Shown one piece after another: positions 12,233 to 21,027 of a DNA stretch of 64,000 bases (positions are counted from its first letter, which is position 1; every line of letters begins with the position of its first letter). The notes under the pieces were generated by a model. It was not told the DNA's origin, searched no databases, and saw only the letters and a list, made by a program, of their open reading frames with translations. Made by a program: the position numbers and the translations under genes. The stretch comes from a virus, in IMG/VR virus record IMGVR_UViG_3300050343_000190, positions 1-64,000 of that record; one strand, given 5' to 3'.

Positions 12233-12488
12233 ATGATTTCTCTTTTGAATAAAGTATGTAATCTTAATGGAACACTTTATAAGTGGAATGATAAAATGAA
12301 AAAACATCATGAAAGAGAGGGTTATGAGTATGGTCTCATAGCCCAGGAAGTTCAAAAAGAGTTTCCCGAAATGGTTTACGAAGAAGATGGGTATCTATCT
12401 GTTGATTATATTCAAATGATACCCGTCTTAGTAGAAGCCCATTAAAGAACTTAAAGGTGAACTTAATACATTAAAAGCAAATAAATAA
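12233..12488 (+). CDS. Stand-alone C-terminal part of a peptidase S74 intramolecular chaperone domain
   Basis: LLNKVCNLNGTLYKW...YGLIAQEVQKEFPEMV...YLSVDYIQMIPVLVEA. Removing one extra C near 12440 gives IKELKGELNTLKANK*. It matches the intact S74 at 38252-38527. Confidence 0.8.
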
Positions 12489-12525
12489 AAGTAAATTATT
12501 CACCAAAAAGCTATTGAGCAGATAA

Positions 12526-15040
12526 ATGTCCGATAAACTAATTGACCCGTTAGCGCAAACATTCTATGTAGATAATCCTAAAGGGATTTTTGCAACGTCT
12601 GTTGACGTTTATTTTTATGAAGGAGATTCTGCTTTACCCGTTTCTATAGAACTGAGACCTACGGTAAATGGAAATCCATCTGCAAAAGACATTTATCCAT
12701 TTTCTCAAACTACATTAGAACCAGAAGATGTTGTTGTAAGTCCTGATGCAGAAGCCCCAACAAATTTTAAATTTAAATCACCAGTATTTCTAAAAGGAGA
12801 AACTTTTCATTCATTAGTTGTTATTGCAAATAGCAAAAAATACTCAGTATGGGTTGCTAAGATGGGTGAGATAGATGTTACTAAAGCGAATGACGATGAT
12901 TCTAAATCAGTTTTCGTTTCAGCAAACCCAAATTCTGGAGTATTCTTTAGATCTCAGAATGGTGCAACATGGACACCATCTGAAAGAGAAGATATGAAGT
13001 TTACTCTTTATAGAGCTGACTTCAAAGAAAATTCAGGAAATGTAAACTTCTATAATCCAGAATTATCCGTAGGAAACGATCAAGTTTCTATTTTGGATAA
13101 TGATGCATTTGAAATGGAATCTAGACAAGTAAGATTAGTTTTAAGTGGTGGATTAAATGAAGTTGGATTTACTACTGGTGTTACTGTAACACAAGAAAAT
13201 TCTGATGGTAGAGGAAATTATATCGGGAATGCTGGCGCTGTTTCATCTGTATCAGTTTTTAATGCTGGTATTGGTCTCACACCATCGATTGGTGGACTTA
13301 CATATTTTGATGTTCCGTTATCAAAAATAACAGGAGAAGGGAAAAACGCTACCTGTAATTTAACTGTCCAAAATGGAGTCGCTGTTGGTGCAACCATAGT
13401 TAATGGAGGATCTGGATATCAGGTTGGAGATTTGGTAACATCTAACTCGATTGGAAGTGGATTAGGAAGAAATTTAAGATTATCTATCGGAGAACTTGGC
13501 GATATAAACGAAATTATTGTTGATGATATTCAAGGTAGGTTTACAACTGGTTCAGGAAGTACAGTTACATATGAAAACTCTAGTGGAGAGAGCTACTGTT
13601 GGATTAAATGCTGGATCAGGTGGACTAACACTCACCGACAGTACAGTTATTCATGATGGTCTTCATATCAAAGTGAATCATCCTAATCATGGAATGTATG
13701 CACTAGAAAATGTCGTTACTATTGATGATGTTGATCCAGACAATCCAAGTGTAGATACAACAGCAGATGTTGAGGAAGACTCAACCTTACCAATTCCTAT
13801 TGATGATTTACTCATTGATAGTGAAACTGGATTAAGTATTTTTGCTACGTTTGAAAACGTAGGTGTATCTTCGACAAATCCAGGATATATTCAAATTGAA
13901 GAAGAAATTATTGGATACACAGGAATTGATGGACTTAATCTAATTGGAATTACAAGAGAAGTTGATAATACCGTAGGAACTTCATATGAAAAAGGTGTAG
14001 ATATTGTTAAGTACGAACTTAATGGTATTTCTCTAAGAAGAATTAATAAAACTCATGAATTGCAAGATGCAACAGTATCTAATCCAATTGATTTGGACTA
14101 TTACACTATAAGAATCGACCCTCAAGAAGCTGGAATTGATAGATCTAGTAGTCCTTTTGGATATCCTGATTTATTTTTTGAAGAAACTAAATCTACTGGT
14201 GGTGATGATATTACTGCTACTCAGAATATTCAATTTGAAATTATCGACCCAGAAATTTCAGCAACAGAAGTCAACGGTACTGAAGTAGAATTAAATCTAA
14301 GAACTGTTTCCGGAAGAAGTATTGGTGGTAATCAAGAATCCTTTATCGATCAAGGATTTGAAAAAATTTCTACAGAAGAAGAAACATACCTATCTTCTCC
14401 TAGACTAATTTGTTCCCGTATTAATGAAACTGAACTTCTTGATGGAATTGACGGAATTGAAGGAAATAAATCTCTTAATATATCCGTCAATCTAACAACC
14501 ACTAGTCCAACATTATCTCCTATGATCGATTTGGATCGATGTGCTGTTATTTTAATCGGTAATAGAATGAATAAACCCATTACCGATTATGCTAATGATG
14601 AGCGTACTGCAGATTTGGAGAATGATCCTCATGCTTTTGTTTATGCTACGAGACCCATAACTTTAGAAAATGCAGCAACATCTCTTCAAATTTATGTTAG
14701 TGCATATGTAAATACTAAAAGTGATTTGAGAGAGTCTTTCTATGCTATTGATGACGATGGTAAAGAAGAAATGATTTATTATCCATTCCCAGGATTTGAT
14801 AATATTGATAATCAGGGAAATGTTGAAGATCTTTCTAAGAGTAATGGAACTCCAGACGAGAAACTATCAAAAACTGATAGTGTTGGATTTGAATCTGATG
14901 AATTAGAATTCCAAGAACTGAAATTTAGTATTAATAAACTTCCTTCCTTTAGAGCTTTCGGTATAAAACTATGTGCATCTACAGAAGATACAACATATCC
15001 CGTTAGATTAAAAGATTTAAGAGTAATCGCACTTGCTTAA
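12526..15040 (+). CDS. VrlC/DUF4815-like structural protein, C-terminal gene (one frameshift near 13590)
   Basis: Starts with DPLAQTF, then FFRSQNGATWTPSEREDMKFTLYRADF and NHGMY, and ends LKDLRVIALA. These motifs normally belong to the C-terminal half of cyanophage VrlC-like proteins. Confidence 0.75.
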
Positions 15041-15042
15041 TT

Positions 15043-15321
15043 ATGAATGACGAATTTGATCAGATTATTGAAATAGAAGATGATGTAGAGGAAGAAAGAG
15101 GTCTTGCTCTTGTAAAAGATTTTGAAAATCTATTGAAAGATGAAGATACTGGGGCAGTAATTAATACGGATGATGATGAATATGAAACCTACTTAGAACT
15201 AAGAGATATAAAATGGCGTGAAGAAAATGAAAAAAATCAACTAAAATTCGATATTGATTTTTTAAAAACCGCAGTCATAGAATTACAACAAAAAGTAATG
15301 GAGTTGCAAAATGAATCCTGA
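15043..15321 (+). CDS. Small acidic/coiled-coil hypothetical protein
   Basis: 92-aa ORF with L.KDEDTGAVINTD..EY..Y and a C-terminal heptad, translationally coupled to its neighbours. Confidence 0.7.
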   Translation: MNDEFDQIIEIEDDVEEERGLALVKDFENLLKDEDTGAVINTDDDEYETYLELRDIKWREENEKNQLKFDIDFLKTAVIELQQKVMELQNES

Positions 15322-15496
15322 TCAAATAGAACTTAAAAAATTATCTAAGACCTTTGAATATGAAAAACTTTCTAGAGATATAGATAGTATAGATGATATT
15401 AAAATTCTTCGAGATGTAACTAAAAGTTACGTTAAGTTGTACTTAAAACAACAAGAAACACTTTCGGTACTACCGTCCATAGACATTTCAAAATAA
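15311..15496 (+). CDS. Small two-helix protein, possibly NblA-like
   Basis: 61-aa ORF ELKKLSKTFEYEKLSRDIDSIDDIKILRDVTKSYVKLYLKQQE overlapping both neighbours. The ORF is likely real; the NblA resemblance is tentative. Confidence 0.6.
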   Translation: MNPDQIELKKLSKTFEYEKLSRDIDSIDDIKILRDVTKSYVKLYLKQQETLSVLPSIDISK

Positions 15497-16321
15497 TGGC
15501 TAAACCATCATCCAGACAAACCCTAATAATAAGCTACTGTAAGAGGCAGCTAGGTGCTCCTGTATTAGAAATTAACGTTGCAGATGAGCAAATAGATGAT
15601 CTTGTGGATGATGCGCTCCAGTTCTTCCAGGAACGCCACTTTGACGGAGTTGGAAAAACATACTTAAAATATAAACTTACTCAAACAGATATTGATAGAG
15701 GAAAAGGAACATCAGGAATAACTACCACCACAGTCAGTGATGGTGGTATTGATTATGACTATGAAGAGGATTCAAGATATCTACCTCTCCCCGATGGAGT
15801 AATTGGTGTAGAAGGAATTCTTCATTTTACAGGATCTAATAATATCTCTAGTGGGATGTTTAACTTTAAATATCAATTATTCCTAAATGATATTCATTAT
15901 CTAGGATCTACTGAGTTATTGACTTATCAAATGACTCAGACATTTTTGTCTGATATTGATCATATGCTCACTACCCAAAAGAAGATTAGATTTAATCAAA
16001 GAAAGGGTAGATTGTACATTGATATGGATTGGAACGAAGCTATCTATTGCAGGTGAATACTTAGTATTAGACACTTATTCAATTGCAGATCCAGCAACTT
16101 ATTCAAAAGTATATAATGACTCATTTTTAAAAAGATACCTTACATCCACGATAAAACGTCAGTGGGGAATGAATCTCATTAAATTTCAGGGAGTAAAACT
16201 TCCTGGTGGTATAGAACTAAATGGTAGACAATTATTTGATGATGCTCAAAAAGAAATTGATGCCATATTAGATAAAATGCCTACTTATTATGAGATGCCT
16301 CCTCTAGACATGATAGGGTGA
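15496..16321 (+). CDS. gp13: Neck protein gp13 (frameshift near 16045)
   Basis: YCKRQLGAPVLEINVADEQIDDLVDDALQFFQERHFDG; KRQWGMNLIKFQGVKLPGGIELNG; PPLDMIG end. Confidence 0.93.
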
Positions 16322-16327
16322 TAAGAT

Positions 16328-17785
16328 ATGCTCAATCCATTTTTTCAACAAGGAACTAAGTCAGAACAAAATCTTATTCAAGATTTAGTTAATGAACAAC
16401 TTCGGATGTATGGGGTAGATGTATACTACATCCCAAGACTTTATGTAAATGAAAAGACTATTATAAGAGAGGTAGTTGATTCTGAATTTAGGGATGCATA
16501 TCCTATTGAAGCATATGTAGATACAAGCGAAGGATATGAAGGATCTGGTGAAATAATGAGTAAATTTGGTATTGAATCTCAAGACGATTTAAATCTCACT
16601 ATCTCTAGAGAACGTTACGAAGAATATGTTAAACCATTAATAGAAAGTAAGAACAATATAAAATTATCCAGTAGACCTAAAGAAGGTGATCTTATATTTT
16701 TCCCTTTAGGCAATCGTATATTTGAAATTAAGTTTGTAGAGCACGAACAACCTTTCTATCAATTAAGAAAAAATTATGTATATAAACTAAGATGTGAACT
16801 ATTCCGGTATGGTGATGAAATCATCGATACTGATGTGGATGCAATTGATACCGCATTACTAGGAACAGAAGTATCGATTGGTGGAGTTGCTGGATCTGCG
16901 GTAAGTGGTATTGGTGCAAACTTAGCAGGGACAAGAATCTATACGATGCTTGGTATTGGATCTACAGCATTAGCAGAAACTACAGTATTTGATGGTGGTG
17001 TAAGGTATGTAACCATTACAAATAGAGGAACTGGATATACATCAACACCAGATATCATATTTTCAAAAGCTCCTGATGATGGATTGACTGCTGTTGGTAT
17101 AGCAACAATGATCACCGGACTTATTGATTATTGCGAAACAAATACTGATAGATCTAGAGTTCAAGGTGTTAGGATAACCAACACTGGATATGGATATACT
17201 TCAGACCCCCTTGTAACAACTTCTGGAGGAGGTGGATCTGGATTTGTAGGAACTGCAGTAACTGGTAATGGAGTAGTTGGAATTATAACTGTAACTGATG
17301 GTGGATCTGGATATTTCGGTCTTCCTGCAGTTACTTTCAGTGCTCCTGTCGGATCTGGTACTTCAGCAATTGCTGAAGTTGTTGTAAGTAGTGCAGGAAC
17401 TATTACATCAATTCAAATACTTGATGCTGGTGCTGGATATGCAAAGACAAATCCACCAACAATAACAATTGCAGATCCTTATCTTGCAGGATCTGGTGAT
17501 TATATCATTGGAGAAACAGTTGTTGGGTCTAGTAGTTCAGTTACTGGTATAGTTAGATATTGGAACTCTACTACAAACCAATTAAATCTTGCACGAATCA
17601 CGGGAGACTTTAATATCTACGATGAATTCGTTGGAGAAGAATCTGGAGCAAGACATAAGGCAACTCCAGGATCTATTGCTGATAAATTCAATCTACCTGA
17701 TCCTTTTGCATCTAATAATGATTTTGAAACTGAAGGAGACAACATATTAGATTTCAGCGAATCTAATCCATTTGGTCTTCCATAA
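16328..17785 (+). CDS. gp14: Neck/head-closure protein gp14 with inserted Gly-rich beta repeats
   Basis: EQNLIQDLVNEQLRMYGVDVYYIPR, RPKEGDLIFFP, FEIKFVEHEQPFYQL, ending ILDFSESNPFG. Confidence 0.92.
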   Translation: MLNPFFQQGTKSEQNLIQDLVNEQLRMYGVDVYYIPRLYVNEKTIIREVVDSEFRDAYPIEAYVDTSEGYEGSGEIMSKFGIESQDDLNLTISRERYEEYVKPLIESKNNIKLSSRPKEGDLIFFPLGNRIFEIKFVEHEQPFYQLRKNYVYKLRCELFRYGDEIIDTDVDAIDTALLGTEVSIGGVAGSAVSGIGANLAGTRIYTMLGIGSTALAETTVFDGGVRYVTITNRGTGYTSTPDIIFSKAPDDGLTAVGIATMITGLIDYCETNTDRSRVQGVRITNTGYGYTSDPLVTTSGGGGSGFVGTAVTGNGVVGIITVTDGGSGYFGLPAVTFSAPVGSGTSAIAEVVVSSAGTITSIQILDAGAGYAKTNPPTITIADPYLAGSGDYIIGETVVGSSSSVTGIVRYWNSTTNQLNLARITGDFNIYDEFVGEESGARHKATPGSIADKFNLPDPFASNNDFETEGDNILDFSESNPFGLP

Positions 17786-17827
17786 GGGTTACTTTTGTTA
17801 AATAGTATATAATTATCATTTAGTATA

Positions 17828-18837
17828 ATGTTTGAGTACTTCTACCACGAGATATTAAGAAAAACGGTAATATCTTTCGGAACACTTTTTAATGATATTG
17901 ATATTAAGAAGACGGATGCTTCAGATAATGTTACCTCAGTAGTAAAAGTGCCTCTTGCATATGGACCTATGCAAAAGTTTCTTGCTAGACTTGAGCAATC
18001 TCCAGATTTAAATAAAGCAACTCAAATTACGTTACCCAGAATGTCTTTTGAGATGACTGGTATTTCATATGACTCATCGAGAAAAGTAACAACAACTCAA
18101 ACATTTTTATCGGGAACAAAAGACGACGGTTCGGATATTAGAAAGAATTATATGCCGGTACCATATAATGTAGATTTTGAATTAAGTATCTATACAAAAA
18201 TAAATGATGAGATGCTTCAAATTGTGGAGCAAATTTTACCATATTTTCAACCACAATATACAATGACTGTTAATCTACTCGAAACTATTGGTGAGAGAAG
18301 AGATGTTCCAATTATTTTGAATTCTATATCAATGGATGATCAATATGAAGGTAACTTTGAAACAAGAAGATCATTAATTTATACTTTAAGATTTACCGCA
18401 AAAACATATATCTTCGGACCAATTTCTACTGGGAGATCTGCTACAACAGATATTATCAAAAAGTCTGTTATTGGATTTGGTGCTGGTGGTTCTGGGTCTA
18501 GACAAATTGATGTTAGATATACTGCAGAACCAGTTGCGACCAAGAGTTATTCTGAGAATAATACTACATCATTACTCAAAGATTTACTCAAAACAGAAAC
18601 AGTACTTGAAGTTATTTCTTCCTCTGGAATTGTTGCAGGAGATAAACTATCGATCGGAGAAGAAACTGTATATGTCTCTGATGTAAACGGCAACAAACTT
18701 AGAGTAACACGAGGATTCTATTCAACTTCTGTTATTGATCATGTTGGCGGAACAGGAGTCAAATTAATTAGTGAAAAGCTGATAACGCCAAGATTGAAAT
18801 TGGTGATGACTTTGGATTTGATGGTGAATGGTCATGA
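17828..18837 (+). CDS. gp15: Tail sheath stabiliser/completion protein gp15
   Basis: MFEYFYHEILRKTVISFGTLFN, KVPLAYGPMQKFLARL, LPRMSFE, QIVEQILPYFQP. The true end is probably ...IGDDFGFDGEWS* after an indel near 18775. Confidence 0.92.
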
Positions 18838-19253
18838 GTAATAAATTTGACGAACTAGATGATACTTTTAATGTTGAAGCAGATATAGTAGAGGTAGACT
18901 CCTCAATTTCAAAAAATAAAATTGAGGAAATAAAGGCAACCTCTGATGATATTAAAAAAGACTATGACTATACAAGAGGAAATTTATACTCTTTAATTGA
19001 AAAAGGTCAAGAAGCAATTAATGGTATTCTTGAATTAGCCCAAGAAACTGAGCAAGCAAGAGCATATGAAGTTGCTGGGCAATTAATTAAAAGTGTTGCA
19101 GATGCAACAGATAAATTATTAGATCTTCAGAAAAAACTAAAAGATGTTGAAGGAGAGAATTCAAAAGGTCCAACGAATGTTACCAACGCACTTTTTGTTG
19201 GATCTACCGCAGATTTAGCAAAACTTTTAAAACAGCAGCAAGATAATAAATAA
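18834..19253 (+). CDS. gp16: Terminase small subunit gp16
   Basis: DYDYTRGNLYSLIEKGQEAINGILELA..RAYEVAGQLIK and NALFVGSTADL. Confidence 0.93.
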   Translation: MSNKFDELDDTFNVEADIVEVDSSISKNKIEEIKATSDDIKKDYDYTRGNLYSLIEKGQEAINGILELAQETEQARAYEVAGQLIKSVADATDKLLDLQKKLKDVEGENSKGPTNVTNALFVGSTADLAKLLKQQQDNK

Positions 19254-19276
19254 TCTTATATCTAAACGCAAATCCA

Positions 19277-19603
19277 ATGAGTGTTCCTGCAGTAACATCA
19301 TTAGCAATATATAAAGGAACTGATTTTGAGAAAAAAGTTTCTATTGCCCTAACTACTTTAGTTGGTACAGAAACGATAACAGCTAAGATCAGAAAGCACG
19401 AAACAGCGAGTACTTCGTATAGTTTCGATACTCACATTGATACAACTAATAATGTAGTTGTTATATCAATGGGTAATAGTGTTACCGACGATCTAACAGA
19501 AGGTAGAAATTATTTTGATATTATTTCCGAAAATTCTTCTACTAATAAAATAATGAAATTAGTTGAAGGTTCAATAATAGTAAATTCAACAGTATCCTCA
19601 TGA
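19277..19603 (+). CDS. Small beta-sandwich virion accessory protein
   Basis: 108-aa ORF with L.IYKGTDF...AKIRKH...LTEGRNYFDI...KLVEGSIIV, preceded by TAAATA. Confidence 0.6.
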   Translation: MSVPAVTSLAIYKGTDFEKKVSIALTTLVGTETITAKIRKHETASTSYSFDTHIDTTNNVVVISMGNSVTDDLTEGRNYFDIISENSSTNKIMKLVEGSIIVNSTVSS

Positions 19604-20502
19604 ATTTTTTATCTCAATTTATGATGATGTCTTCCGCAATTTTAGCGGCATCTCCAACTGATGATGAGGCATTATTTACAACCTCGGGATCTTTTACCTG
19701 GGTTGCTCCACCAAAAGTAAGAAGTGTAAGTGTTGTATGTATTGGTGGAGGAGCTAGTCCTTTAGTCGCTACTAGTAATTTTCCTGGTGGAGGTGGAGGA
19801 GGTTTAGTTTATGCTAATAATATAAGTGTAATTCCTGGTCAATCGTATGATGTTGTTGTAGGAAAAGGAGGAGATTCTCAAGGAAGTTCTGTAAGTCCAT
19901 TATCAGGAGAAAATGGAGGTCTTTCCAGTTTTACTGCCGATTTAACAACATTAATTGCCTATGGTGGTTTTTCTAATGGTAACTCTGGAGTTTTCTCTGG
20001 CGGTGATGGTGGAGGAAACGGTGGAGCATCTAATGCTTCTCAAGGATATGGTGGCGGTGGTGCTGGTGGATATACAGGAAATGGCGGATCTGGTGGGCAA
20101 GGTGGAAGTTCTTCTCAAGGAAATCCCGGTGATGCTGGAACTGGTGGTGCTGGAGGTGGTGGAGGTGGATCTTTCGCACAAACATTTTCATCAACTCAAC
20201 CAGGTAGAGCATCATCTGGAGGTGGTACAGGAGTTTATGGACAAGGTTCAGATGGAACTGGTGGACTCGGTGCAACGTCTGATTCCGGTTTAGGAAATGC
20301 AACTGCATCTGGAGGAGGAAGTAATGGTACAAATGGTGATTTGAATGGTGGTTTATTTGGTGGAGGTGGAAGATCTGGATTTTTAAAAACAACGGTTCCG
20401 AATTTATACATTGCAGGTGGTTCTGGTGGTGGTGGTGCTGTCCGTATAATATGGCCAGGGAATATTAGACAATTCCCCTCACTAAATACTCAAGAGATAT
20501 AG
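19600..20502 (+). CDS. Glycine-rich fibre/receptor-binding-like protein
   Basis: FTTSGSFTWVAP..V.SVSVVCIGGG, long GGxG tracts, ending GGGAVRIIWPG. Confidence 0.7.
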   Translation: MNFLSQFMMMSSAILAASPTDDEALFTTSGSFTWVAPPKVRSVSVVCIGGGASPLVATSNFPGGGGGGLVYANNISVIPGQSYDVVVGKGGDSQGSSVSPLSGENGGLSSFTADLTTLIAYGGFSNGNSGVFSGGDGGGNGGASNASQGYGGGGAGGYTGNGGSGGQGGSSSQGNPGDAGTGGAGGGGGGSFAQTFSSTQPGRASSGGGTGVYGQGSDGTGGLGATSDSGLGNATASGGGSNGTNGDLNGGLFGGGGRSGFLKTTVPNLYIAGGSGGGGAVRIIWPGNIRQFPSLNTQEI

Positions 20503-20514
20503 TAGAGATTTTAA

Positions 20515-20991
20515 ATGTTAGTAAAATTAGAAAATGGAATCCCTGTTGGAAATCCTATTGATGAAAAAAACTTTAGAAAACTGTACAACAATACATCCTT
20601 TCCTAGATCTCTAACTACAGATTGTGTAGAACCTTTTGGTTATGGTTTATATCAATATACAAAACCTCCAATTCCGGGAAGACATTTTAAAGTTGAAGAA
20701 ACTGTTCCTGTAAGAAATTCTGATGGAATTTTTATGCAGACTTGGGAAACAGGGGCAATGTCTGCAGAAGAGATTGAAAAATCTACAGAATTAAAAAAAC
20801 TCGAAATTAAAAGATTGCGAGATGAAAAATTAAGAGGAAGTGATTGGACTATGATGTATGATGTCCGTGAGAATGAACGCTATTCTGATGAATTTATACA
20901 AGGATTTTTGGACTATAGAGAAAAATTAAGAGATATACCATCACAAAAAGAATATCCATGGAATGTTCGGTGGCCAATTGAGCCTAGCTAG
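20515..20991 (+). CDS. Tail fibre assembly chaperone
   Basis: C-terminal IKRLRDEKLRGSDWT...YREKLRDIPSQKEYPWNVRWPIEP, adjacent to the Gly-rich fibre gene. Confidence 0.8.
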   Translation: MLVKLENGIPVGNPIDEKNFRKLYNNTSFPRSLTTDCVEPFGYGLYQYTKPPIPGRHFKVEETVPVRNSDGIFMQTWETGAMSAEEIEKSTELKKLEIKRLRDEKLRGSDWTMMYDVRENERYSDEFIQGFLDYREKLRDIPSQKEYPWNVRWPIEPS

Positions 20992-21027
20992 CCCTACTAA
21001 ATAAAGACATACTAGAAAAAGACGAGA

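Noticed and set aside
10053-12355. Minus-strand Leu/Pro/Ser-rich ORFs opposite the Arg-rich region
   Set aside because: They are antisense shadows of AGA/AGG/CCA codon runs. The plus frame carries the conserved family motifs.
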